The translations under genes were made by a program, and so were the position numbers. Source: Leptogorgia sarmentosa (taxonomy: Eukaryota). Taken from it: a stretch of DNA of 64,000 nucleotides. Below the pieces are notes generated by a model, which searched no databases, was not told the DNA's origin, and saw only the letters and a program-made list of their open reading frames with translations. The stretch covers positions 6,758,001-6,822,000 of the forward strand of contig OZ210884.1 of NCBI GenBank assembly GCA_964658305.1, written 5' to 3'. Below, one piece after another: positions 12,083 to 24,579 of the stretch (the stretch's first letter is position 1; each line of letters starts with the position of its first letter).

Positions 12083-15000
12083 TTACAATGCACAGGTTGA
12101 AAGAGAAGTGCGTAGTTTAAGCATGTCCAAAATGTCATCATCCACCTTACCATTTCTGTATTTATAACAATTGAATTGTGACATCCAATGTGGTAAATCC
12201 TTCTTTTTAGTATCAACCAATATTCCAATAAATTTATTGCTAACCTTTCCTTTATCAATCAGTTTATTTCTAATTAAAGAAATTTCATTACAGACCAGTT
12301 CATCATTGTAGGACCACACCTTGCCCATATTCGATATTGATTGATGTAAATTGCAAATTTCCAGGTATTTTGGGGTTATGATCAGGATAATTTTCTCTGC
12401 TTCCACCAACTGTTGTTCGCTCCACACTCGTCGGTTGGGTATGATAAGTGAAAACTTATCCATGATAATATTGACATTTCTATCTTGGAGCCATCTTGCT
12501 ACATTTAGTGCTTCACGTTTATTGCTGGCAATGTAGGAAATATAATGCGCAGGGCCTGTGTATTCAAAAATAATTACAATAATTACATTAATAGAATTTC
12601 ACTCGTGTGTCATCCAAGCAAGGTTTGGATGACTTCATATAATTGTAATAATTACAGAACTACGACAAACAATCCTACGATACTTGCTTTAAAAATACGA
12701 GATACAAGTTTATACCACGAATAAGAAGAATAAGAAATAATGATCAATTATTGGACGAGGTCGAGCAAAATATCTTGATTTGTCGGGCGCGAGTCTTGGG
12801 CCTTGATTGCAATACCGTAACGGCTTAGCGAGTTTGCTGACTTTATATTTTTGGAAATGGTGAATTTACGTACTCTGCTCTTAACATACGTCGAATCTTA
12901 TTGCATTGTTTAGATACTGAACAGAACTTTGAAAGTTGGTATATCCCAAATACATACCACTTTCATTCGCAATCTTACCTGTCTTTTGTATATTTTCTTC
13001 TTCGATATATTCTTCGCTATTTCCTCCACATTTCCCTTTTTTCCATACCAGGAAAAGAATAGCTAGTATTACAATACTTATGCTTACAATAACGATTGAG
13101 AAAATCATCTTATTTACCACAGGACCTGTAGAAAGACACATGGAATTAGGGTACGCTAAAGCTACGCTAACATGGTACGATTTATCGGGCACGATTCGCA
13201 GTCTGGCGTATGTAATCAGGTGCGCACGCGCGAGAAAGTAGTATTTCAAATTACGGTTGGATCTTAACAAAGTCGAATGATAAATTAAAACCACTGCTAA
13301 ATTAGATAAAAATAAACATTTCTTTTCTTTATGTGCATTTTCTAGCGTTCGAACTCTCCAACTTATTCTCTCACATGGCGAATTTCGCAATTCCAGCACT
13401 AGTTATTAAACAGAAATCGATTTTTCGATGCAAACTACTAAATTCCTTATGAAATATAATTTACTTTGTTTCCAAATTTCCGGCAGATTTATAACTTTCT
13501 TTACTAAACGTGATTACTATAAGTTTAAACGAGTTTCACTTGATCGTACATGTCTAGCCCTTTTGTATAAGCACGATAATCTGTTTTCATAGTGAGCCTC
13601 GAATCAGAATGAGCTGATCGTTACCTGTGTTTTTTGTTGTTGCATTTGTTGTAAATGGTAGCTTCGTTGTTGATTGATTATGAACATTACTTCGTGTAGT
13701 CCGAGATGTTCCTATCAGCGAAGGAGTTGACGTGTTTCTAGTTGTGTTTCCAGTCGTTGTGTTTACATGGTCTAAAGAAATCGCATGAATCATGATCCAC
13801 GATTTGAACCATTCGCCAAATAACTAAAACATATGTCAACTACACTGCCACGTATAATTCCGATGCATTTACACATTAATTTTATATTATATTATCATAT
13901 CAACTACAAAGTGGCATCGTTCGTTGTTTTCAAATTTGACATGGCTTTTTACTCTTTGTAATTAACAAGACAGAAAAAAAATTAAATGCAAAACCTGAGC
14001 ACCCAGGAGGGTGAATTATCCGATACATGATATTCATTTGAAGACTATTTTGTGGTAGTGGGTATACCTAATGAAATAAATTGTAATGAGATGTGAAGTA
14101 TTTCATGATATATCAAGTTAAGGTGTGTTCGCTTGTTCTAAGTTGTTATATAGGACTTTATATGGACGGGCGTTAATTGGTTGAGGGCTCAAATAACCCG
14201 TGTTTCTGTAACACGATGGAAACACGAGGATTTTCACGCGGGTTGCGTGGATTACGCGGGAAATTAAAAAACAAAATGAATCTTTGAATGAATGAATGAA
14301 TGAATGAATGAATGAATGAATGAATGAATGAATGAATGAATGAATGAATGAATGAATGAATGAATGAATGAATGAATGAATGAATGAATGAATGAATGAA
14401 TGAATGAATGAATGAATGAATGAATGAATGAATGAATGAATGAATGAATGAATGAATGAATGAATGTAATTAAAAATCTTTGAATGAATTAAATTGAAAG
14501 AGAAAAGAAAACATTTTTCCGTGTTCCTATAGAGTTATAGAAACACTTGTGGAAGTTTGGGAGAAACTCCAAATTGTGTGGAAAGGAGTATTTTACATTA
14601 CTCTAATAAGTAATCATCAGGTGTAGTTTAAAATATACATTTCATATTTGCTACAGTTCGTGAAACAAGTGACGCAACTTCGTTTACCACAATAAACAGA
14701 TATTCATCTGGGGCGTATCTCTTCCATTCTTCCTTTGAATCTATGAGATATGATGTTGTATTCTAAAAGGAAAAAACACTGCGTATAATAAAGGCCGACA
14801 AGTAGCTACAATGTACATACATTTCACTCCGATAACTGTGTCGCTACATGGAGTTATCTCCTACTCAAATATATGACTTCATTCCAAGAATGGACCTATA
14901 AACATGCATGCATTTGTTTACTTATTTACCTTGTTCCTGATATAGTGACAAGATCTACCAGTTTCATCTGACGGGTACCATTCAACAACGTATCCAGTAC

Positions 15001-18000
15001 AATTGGCTTGCCCGGCTGAAAACAACATTATTTGGTGATCACACAGCAAAATTAGGATTCTTGTACTAAGGAAGAAATCTCTTGTTTCAAGCAATATTTT
15101 GTTCAAAACAAGTAAATTTACTTTGTCCGTATAGTAAGCATGTCATCCTTGGCAAGAATTTAATTCTTCGTAAATTTTCGTAATTAAAATGAAGAGAAAA
15201 CGCTACTAGTTTCATAACTTTACTTGGGGTGGGTGGATTGTCGGTTGTATTTCCGACCTAAAATCTTAAGTTGGCTGATATAAAAGATTATAAGAACTGG
15301 CATTCTCAAACTTTTTCACTATCACATGCAACGCTAGTTACGCTACAATCCAGATGATCTCGATACACGGAAAAGGACTGGGACTAGCTGTCGGATAGAA
15401 ATCCAATTTTCGATTGAAACAACTGAATATCTCCCATAATATACATTATTTCGATTCCATATTTTTGTCAAAGCTATAGTTCTCATAACCAAACATAATT
15501 ACAAAATTTCAACCAGTTTTATGCAGAATTACGAAAGATATAATTGAGTGAACATAGCAAAATGGATTTCTATTCGGACAACCCTTTCTGAGCGCTGATT
15601 GGCTGAAACACGAACACGAGATCACCTGGATGTGATAATACTTTGGATTACTTACATTTTGGCTTGGGGATTTCCCATGAAATGGACGCTGGCCACATGT
15701 TTTTATCTTTGGTACAATTTACCGTCAAAGTTAAACCATGGCCGTTGACGCTAAATCCATTCGCTGAAATATCGGGCTTCACGCAATCTTTCAAGAAAGG
15801 ATAAGCAAGATGCACGTATTGCACGATAAGGTAACGCATTTTTTAATGTAAGTAACGAAGAATTCTGACAGTTTGCGTGGTTTTAAAATCAACATTTAGA
15901 CCGCAGTTACAAGATGCCGGATTCGCATAGGAGCTAGTGACATCAATTTAGGATGTTTTCCAGTCTTCGCTGCTCTTGAAACTTTTTGTATTTGGAGTTC
16001 TCGTTCAACTCATTATATTATCACAATGTTATGTGCCAAATTCAATTTGAAATAGCAAAATTTGAAGTCACTCGGACAGTGATCCGATATCGTGTATCGA
16101 AATGTTGCTCTCCGCATGCTTTGAGTTGAGTTTAAAGTTTGTATGAAAAGAAACATGTATTTTGAATGAGATGTATTAAAAAATAGTTAGGTATATAGTT
16201 ACTGCAATAAATTACACGCAGGGAAAATAAAACAGGTATAACTGGCTTACCGAGAGAGGACACTGATCGTTTTGGACGGTTGGATTTAGATGTGGGGTTT
16301 TCAGTCTGAAAAAAAACAACTTATAGAACCCAATATTTTTTTGCAATTTCATAGGTCAGAAATAATGAGGCTTGATGCTTCAAGGGTGCACTTCATTAAT
16401 TAGCATGAACAACTAGCTATGGCGAATGAGGTGTAGCAAGCACTATCCTCTTCTTATCTGGGCCAGGAAATACTGTATTCCCTTATTAAGATGCATGCAT
16501 AGCAACTTTGGCGTTACTTACATTACTCGTTTGCTTCATTGTGTTGACATTTCCTCTCTCGTTAATCGCTGCAGTAGAAATGAAATAAAGTGAAAATTTT
16601 TCCAGAGAGAACACGCCGGGTATATGTGAAATTTTGACATGAGCAAGCACTCTTCCTTATTGCTGGTTTAGGCAGAGGAACACTTTCAAAGTCTGAGCCA
16701 CGAATTTAAAAGAAAGGTAATGTCTACTATGCATGGTTGCATATTTGGTTGCAAATTTCAATGAATCTGCATGTTTTACCTTCCAGGTTGTTTCCACTTT
16801 TTTGACATAATTTCAAGTGCTGCCTTGGTGCCTGCTGTAGAGAAAATAAATTACATATAACTGTTCCTTAATTCTGTCTATTAACTTTACATTTAAACAT
16901 TTAAAAATTTTCCTTTTATATGCTGGATTATTCAATAAATGCAGATGCAATCATTAAGCCTGTGTAGCTCTGCTTCTAAATGTTATACTTATGTTGTGTA
17001 GTGACCAACTCCAGAACCTCTGGGAAAGTTCATCAGACTTGCTACAAGCGTACCTCCATGCACCACTGGTAATATAACTAGTATTGTTATGTACCCTTTA
17101 TTCTGCATTACCCGGACGGAAGAGTGATAAACCGATTCGCCAAATCTTATTACCACTTTTCTATGCGTAAAACGAAAGTGTAATAGGTTCGAATGCTTCG
17201 CATGATTATATTTTCCACATTTTACCATAGGCAGCACTAGATCTATTTAATGAACTTTTGACTAAATTGGGTAAAAGCCTAAAAGGTATAGTCATGTGCT
17301 CATGCATGGCAAAGTTTCCAAACATCACTCGTACACTAGTCTTATCCCTAATAATTAATCTTGCTATGGCATTACTACCTATAATATTAGCTCATTCTAC
17401 GTTTCAAAAATTATGGTTGGCAAATTGTGTTTCAAATGGGGTCAAGATGTTGCCTTAGTGTTTTGACTTGCATGAATCCAAAGATATTTAGACGTGCAGC
17501 TGTGCATGGACTTCTGCTTGCGCAGGTTGCAAAATTTGTATGTAAATGAATCACCGCCCAACTAGACAACTTCCTTGATGATATCATTCCTTGACTATAC
17601 TTTACTTGCACGATCATTTGGGCAGCTGTGTGTATTTTGTATTATACAAGCGTAGGCCGTGTGTAGATATACATACATGAAGTTCAACGCTGATTTCTTC
17701 GATACCTCAGGCAGTGGCGTAAATTCTTTGCTACAAGTCCCTGCCAGTGAAGATTAGGGGGTCGTCAACCATAAATGGTAGAACTATATGATTGTATCTC
17801 TTGCATAGCTTTGAAAAATAGGCTTTTTCAAATCCTCTGGCATCCTGGTGCATGCTTAAACCACGGATAAGCAAAAATATAAAAACATTCCCATTCATTT
17901 TGCAAATAATTGAACTTAAATGTGTAGTTCTATGCATATAGTTGTTAGTTATATGTGAAGACGGAAAAGTTTAGTTTCCTTGTAATCTAGCTATAGTTCA

Positions 18001-20211
18001 TAAACGTGTTTGATGTTTTTATCCACTTAGATTATCCACTGCTTAAGCTAAACGCCTTTGATATACAAACCGCCCCTGGCGGCTTTAGGGCAACGTATAT
18101 ATAGCGCCCAGAATTGCGAAAACGGCCACTCCATCATGTTGACTTCCACCTCTTCATTTAGGTACTTGCTTATTTGCTTGCATGCTGACGAATACGCCAA
18201 TGCAGCAATTTGTAACCGCCTTTGCGTCTCGCCGCATTTTCCTCTAATCCGCTGGGTAGGCATTAAGCCCGTTTTCCACTCCACTAATTCGCCGCCGCCG
18301 ACGAAAAAAATTGACAAGGAAATAATATTTTCGCCGCTGAAGAAATTTGTTCCGCCTCTCCAGTTGTTGAAAACGTTCAACGTTTGTCAGACCTTTCACT
18401 GATGGCGAAAAAGAACAAGGAATTACATTTTTGGTGGCGAGACTTTTCGCCAGCGGCCGCGAAATACGCGAGTGGAAAACGGATTTCATTGACACATGTC
18501 ACATTAGATATTAACAAGATACAAAGACTAAAAAAAAGAAAAAGTGTAAAATGATCATTTATGCGGACATGGACAATGGCATGCAGGCAGATCGATGTTC
18601 ATACTTGAGCAAAATTATATGCATTGCTATGATTTTCACTCTCAGTTCAATTTTAAAGAGAAAAGCAGTTGATTAATGATTTTTATTCAAGAAAAATACA
18701 ACACATTTAAAATCAAGTAAAATTAAACTCGAGAATTATCTCTAAAATTCATACCTAGCTGTCAAAATTGCAATGAATATGCAAAACTGCATGTGAAATT
18801 CAATTAAAACTGCATGCGTATGTTTGCTAAGCTTGCGTACCTCAAATAAATCAAGTTATATTTTCTACAACCGCGCGTGCACGCCGTTACCATGCATTCC
18901 AACTATATTAGAGTCAGCTGTATTGGTACTTAGCTTGTCTAAACAGTATACTATATATGCAGAATGTTCCGGACAGTTCCATGTGTCTCTTGTTTTAATT
19001 TGAATGAAATATCTCTGTTAGGAAACATTATATAGTACCACGCAAATGATTCAATTGCAAGTTGCGCCCTCTGTTGCACTTCCTTGACGGAACTCGGTCT
19101 TTCAAAGTTGAACAAGCCCTACAGTAGCTGAGACGCCCACAATGATAAAAAAACACGAGATCTTTATCATTGCATGACGGAAGAAAAATAATACAAAATG
19201 AATAATGCAGCACTGATTATTTTAGGATGTTTTTTTTGTCCGTCAAAATCTTATGATTGCCATTCAGTGAACTATATAGCATTTCGTCCACTCATTAGAG
19301 TGATTAGACCATATTTTTCATAGCCACAATGCAGCCTGCCGGAGAACTTTGAAATATAACACAAGTCACAAAATAATGTTTGGCGCGGTCTTCAAAAGCA
19401 AGCTCTAGTAGCAAAATAATTGCAAAACCTTTTTCACTTGGGGATTTGAGGTTGTAGGTGTAAACTACACTGCATGTTGAATTCTGGGAACTGAGGGTGC
19501 ATGTGAATGTTTGAAAATTTATCTTTTATACAAAAGAACAAATTACAAATACAAACACAACATCCGCATGAAAACAAATCCAATGTCTGCTTATTCTTAA
19601 TGTCTAAATTGCCAACGTCTTGAGAACATATTCCTTTCCTGTTCGGAAACATTTTCATTCGCAATATTTGCGGCGATTTCCGTAGTATGATTTTCGTTAT
19701 CTGATTTGAATCTGATACATGTAAACGTCGTGTACATGAGTTGTGAAAATTTTAAGCATATCGCAAGATTTTTCACTTCATTCCTTGTTTATATCGATCA
19801 GATGCAGGAAATTCGAAGAAAATCGAAGCAAATTTTAACTTGTATATGTAAATCTTTTTACTATTGATTTTTTTAAACTATGAGAGAAATGATACTATAG
19901 CTACTGCACGCCTACTGTATGGCTATATATTTTCTGATGCATGTGGCTGGCACTGGCTGGCAATTTTGTTTAAACTTCAATATGTGTATAGGGAATAAAT
20001 ATAAAAACAACAAGTGCCGGACAACTATTATGACAACCTTGGTGAATACCTGTGTAGAATTGGTACAAAAATTATAGAAGAAACATACCATTTTACTCAA
20101 AGATTCACATAAACGTGTGTAGTTATTCATTTGACCTCTGACAGGTAGAAACGCACAACCCAAACACATGATTGCCAACAAGTTGACGATATTCTTCATA
20201 CTACAAGACAT
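12083..20211 (-). CDS. IL-17-receptor-like type I membrane protein with SEFIR-like cytoplasmic domain, ~428 aa, 8 exons
   Basis: Phase-compatible GT-AG exons: 20089-20211 (signal peptide), 16251-16305, 15656-15787, 14930-15015, 14639-14762 (weak donor), 13625-13771 (Thr-rich stalk), 12979-13125 (TM IFSIVIVSISIVILAILFLVW), 12083-12555 (YISY...IIMDKF...W...KIILIITPKY...KFIGIL...LPHWM...Y, resembling SEFIR). Total 1287 nt. Confidence 0.78.
14285..14466. repeat. (TGAA)n microsatellite, ~45 units
   Basis: Direct reading; intronic. Confidence 0.98.
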
Positions 20212-22253
20212 TTTCAACTACCACGGCCAAGGACTACTGTGTATGTTGAGCGAAATCAGTTGTCGCTGATTAGAAGTCGCAGTAACGAACCATCTGTTTT
20301 GATTGTAATAATGAAAACTTTCATCTTATCTCTTTCAGCACAGGCATAAACAGAACGACAGTAGATCGAGTGCATACACTAAATGGCCAACGCTTATTCA
20401 TGTTTGCACAAGTGTCATATTTCACGAGATTAAGCATGAAAAAATGCATGTTATGTCAGTAAAAGCATACAAGTCAGATCATGTTTTAGCCTTGATCTTC
20501 ACCTTATTTAAACACTTGCGGGCATTCCAAATCTTTGCATGCCGAACGAGCCCAATATTTCAACACTAATTTATATGCATTGAATTTTGTACATCTTTGC
20601 GATTTCATTCGAAATTTTTGATAAAATACAGAAATTAAAAGATACTGTTAATGATAATTAATAAACAAATTTGTGTGAATAAAATTAAACATGTGCTGAA
20701 GGAGCATTAAAATGCAGCGAGATATTTAATGTAAAAAAAAGGTTCCAAAACTGCTGTTTCTAACAAATAAAACGTAAAAATCTTTGCCCTGTCCAGGAAG
20801 TCAAAATGACAGGAAGTTGAATTCAAATTGTATTTTATTTTTCATACTGAATATGACAGCTATATCAAGTATTTATGTCAAGTATAAGCGATGATCTCAT
20901 TGGCAGTCGTTGCATATTGCAGAACTCTTTAAATTCACCATAAATTTTATGTACGGGACTACGGCAGCAAAATCTAGCTTGTACGCGGCTAGAAGATGAC
21001 CTTTCCATTAACTATACATTCTAAAAATATATTGTTTCGACTAAACCTTTGCTACAAAGATGTGAAATTACTGAAATACATATAAAAAGTATATGATCGT
21101 GATAACGATGATTATAAATGTCAAATATGCCAGGGAAAATTTCGTAGCTGTATATACGTACATTTTCGTTGCTGATTTTGTTGCGCGGTAATTATAAAAT
21201 CCAAAGTTCCCCATTGATAGGGTTTTAAGCTTTTGAAAGTGCATAAAAGAGTCCCAGAAAGTAAATTTTGGAGGCTATGTGAACCTGGTGAGTGGAGATG
21301 TTTTGCCGCTATGAAATTTTGGAAAATATTGCATCAGGGCCATCAAAAATCTTGTCGCGTTACCGAATCGCGTCCGGTCAGCGTTGGCGGCCTTCATGGT
21401 TAGGGATTGATAGCGATAAATTGCGCCCATGCCATTCAATCTGAACACAACAACCATGCGTGAGCTGGCCTAACAGAAAAAAAACAGAAAGATGGACGTT
21501 TCGAGGAAAGTTTTTTCGAGCTATAAACACCCACACCAACGTATACACAGGGGCCGCGGAAGATCGATAATTGAGAGGGGGGGGAATAATTCATATATTA
21601 TTGCAGAACACGAATATATGAATATGTGCCCCCCCCCCCCCAATTATCGACCTTCGGTGGCCCATGGTACAAATATTATGAAAAATCTTATATTCACTCC
21701 GCTCCGTAATGGGTGAATATCACTTGAGAGTCCGGCTTTTTTGACCAGTCAGATTAAGCAGCAACACATCAGCACCCACACGACCACACGACTAAAATTT
21801 TTCACTTGTTGAAGGTCGTTGAAAAGAGGATGCAACAATGTGGTGCTGCCCACATAGTTCATATAGTTGTCGACAGTATTGTTCCGCATTGTTGAACCTG
21901 ATTCAGCCCGCAATCAGGTGAAACAATCGTGAACAATATTCGTGACAACTTGTTTTTGTCATATTTGAACAAGTGATAATTTTCAGCTAGGCGTGTCAAA
22001 ACGAATGACTGGTAATTCAGTCTTGTCAGATGTACTTTATACCTTATGCCATAAAAATTCAACCGCATTTGCTTTCAGAAGCAGATCACTATCAATTTTA
22101 TTTTAATTTATGACAATTTTGCAAACTCCGGTACGTCCCTGACAATATTGTTGGTCAATAAAATTACATTGGTTTTACAGCTATATAACAACAATTTACA
22201 TTTCGACCATTAACAAAATCCATTTGGTTAAGTGCATCAATATTCTTTTTCAT

Positions 22254-23531
22254 CTAGCAACCGAAAGCCCAAAACTCATGATTTTCATACCTTCTTGTTA
22301 CTGGTGCAGCTTGAAAATCCTGTTTGCTAACGACAACTGTGTACTGAAAAATTGCCCCAGGATCTTTCCTGACTGCAGGCCTTTCTTTCAACAGCTTCTT
22401 TTGCTGGGCAGGTAATGCGTGATATATCGTTGCACTTAAAAAAAGTTCGTTATATTTTGGCATTTTTGATGCAATAAAATGGTCCTTCACGACATTATAC
22501 AGATAGTCAACCATCATTAATTTGAAACGCACAACATTAAGAAGATCATTGGTCGCAGTAGGATCTATTTCATTTTGCTCCATCCAGTACATCAAGGCTT
22601 GAAATACAGTGTTTTCTGATTGAACAATCAAGTCGTCACTGCTTAGTAAATACTTCAGAGACGGTTGAGAGAGATTGATAAACTTCTCTGATTCCCAGTT
22701 TTTATGAAGCGGGCTAAACTGCTCAGCAAGTACGGACCCTATAGAGTTGGCGAGCTCTTCAACGTCGCTCATATCATGTTTCACTTTAATCACGTGCATT
22801 ATTTGTGTGGTGACCTCAAACGTAGTGACATGCTTTTTAAGAACATATTTGCATTTCTTCAGAATAAATTTCACGTCGTATTTGTTGGATAATTCTAAAA
22901 CAGCAAGCAGTTCATCCACCGTTTTGTCATTTAACACATTGCCACAGTACATAGCTTCTAGGAAGATCAAGTACGCATTTTCTTCACATTCTGAGACTTT
23001 TACATGAACTTCTTTTTCTTGATTTTCTTTCATACCGCTGGAATAAAATAGCAACCGAAAATACGGACTTTGAACGGAAAGCCAGAAGCTGTGGACAAAT
23101 ATTCTATGTTGTCGGAGAGGTTTGTCGAAATTTTCGGGGCTCGATTTTGGTTTCTCGACTTTCGTGTCCACACTGGCAACCTGGCTAGGATGTTCTGACA
23201 GTGCGATGTTCGTGTCCTGTTCGCAGGCTAATTTTTGTGGATCCTTGCTGTCATTTACACCTTCGTATCCAAAGTCCGTTCCGGTTTCACGACTTTCCGA
23301 TGAAAGTGGCTTCGCGTCTAAATTAGGATTCATCGATGTCGAAGAAGTCGGTTTGCATGATTCAGTGACTTCGGCCTTTAAGACATTGTTGAGAATGCTG
23401 GCAGTTTCCCAGCCATCTTGCATAATATCGATCACCAAAATACGGTCACTCAACTCGGGCATGTTGTATTCAGGAGCACATATCTTTGAAAACTCGAGTA
23501 AATCACAAAGCTTCAAATCAATATCAGACAT
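22254..23531 (-). CDS. BTB/POZ-BACK protein with intronless CDS (POB1-like architecture)
   Basis: LSDRILVI, then a ~105-aa low-complexity insert, then IFVHSFWLSVQSPYFRLLF.SGMKE (BTB); FINLSQPSLKYLLSSDDLIVQSENTVFQALMYW...VRFKLM (BACK). Confidence 0.88.
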   Translation of the reverse strand: MSDIDLKLCDLLEFSKICAPEYNMPELSDRILVIDIMQDGWETASILNNVLKAEVTESCKPTSSTSMNPNLDAKPLSSESRETGTDFGYEGVNDSKDPQKLACEQDTNIALSEHPSQVASVDTKVEKPKSSPENFDKPLRQHRIFVHSFWLSVQSPYFRLLFYSSGMKENQEKEVHVKVSECEENAYLIFLEAMYCGNVLNDKTVDELLAVLELSNKYDVKFILKKCKYVLKKHVTTFEVTTQIMHVIKVKHDMSDVEELANSIGSVLAEQFSPLHKNWESEKFINLSQPSLKYLLSSDDLIVQSENTVFQALMYWMEQNEIDPTATNDLLNVVRFKLMMVDYLYNVVKDHFIASKMPKYNELFLSATIYHALPAQQKKLLKERPAVRKDPGAIFQYTVVVSKQDFQAAPVTRRYENHEFWAFGC

Positions 23532-24333
23532 ATTTCAATTCCAAAATCTTCTTAATCAGAGAATCGCGACACTGTCTTTGAAGGGCTTCTCGTGTAGGCA
23601 GAGCATGAGCCACTGTACAAAGAGACGAAACAGCTCGGTTCATAATCTCATATTTGATGCAACATAATACATGATTTCCGGTAAACCGATACGATGCATA
23701 ATGTTATTGAAACAGGCGGAAATTCTTTCAAGTCATGATCAGTTCAATATAAGGTCATTAAACTACATTCAAGCAACGTAAACACGTTGTGGAACCTGAA
23801 AAAAAATTGAGAATTTCTTGCGAAGACCATTCGTCATAAGAATTAGTAATTGCCTCATTATTCGCACTTTCACCGTGTACCTGTCCTGTTGCAACTATTG
23901 ATCGATCTTATTGCACATTATTTATTCTCGACTTCTCGTCCATTGATCCGCATTGATCGCTTCTCAATATCCAGTCTTTACTGCGTACTTTAAGCTGCTG
24001 ACGTGATCAGCTTAAAAAATAGATTGATTGAGATGAGAGAGGACCCGCGGACGTCAAGAATGACGTGTTTTGCCCATGTATGGATGCTGTTATGCCATGC
24101 TAATGATCTGATTTGACGTAGTCCTCTTCACATCCCATCCTTGACCAAAATTTTTGCAGTAGCCTAGGCTTCCATAGCATCGAACTTGCATCCAAAACAC
24201 AAATCATTAAACCAAAAAGCGCGCGAAAATCAAACAAACAAAGTGGCTCACAATAGTAAACGTTTATTTGTTTCCATACCTTTAATGCATAAAAAATATA
24301 AAACAATCATTGGATTTGGATTCGGCTGTCGTA

Positions 24334-24579
24334 CAGGGGGTGGACAAAAAAAAGTGGCCCCCAGAACAATTCGGTTTATAAGCGGCAAGCTCCACAACCT
24401 TGCAGATATAAAGAGGATTTAAATTTTGAGATTTAAATTTGCTTAGGTTGAAAGATTTATAAATTTGCTCAGGTCGTACTCAAACCAAACGGGGTTCTGC
24501 ATTCCCGATTACTTGAGAGAGATGTTTTTCAGTAAAAACCGAATTGTTCTGGGGGCCACTTTTTTTTGTCCACCCCCTG
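24334..24579. mobile_element. Tc1/mariner-type MITE
   Basis: ~44-bp TIRs CAGGGGGTGGACAAAAAAAAGTGGCCCCCAGAACAATTCGGTTT with TA flanks. Confidence 0.9.

Noticed and set aside
16780..16834. Possible extra exon of the SEFIR receptor
   Set aside because: It has AG/GT boundaries, but including it shifts the phase and creates a stop in the next exon. The flanking exons join correctly without it.
16400..17950. Coding-like decayed sequence in the SEFIR gene's first intron
   Set aside because: Short ORFs with no motif I could identify; possibly old transposon debris.
23122..23667. 181-aa plus-strand ORF
   Set aside because: Antisense to the BTB-BACK CDS, non-ATG start, no motifs.
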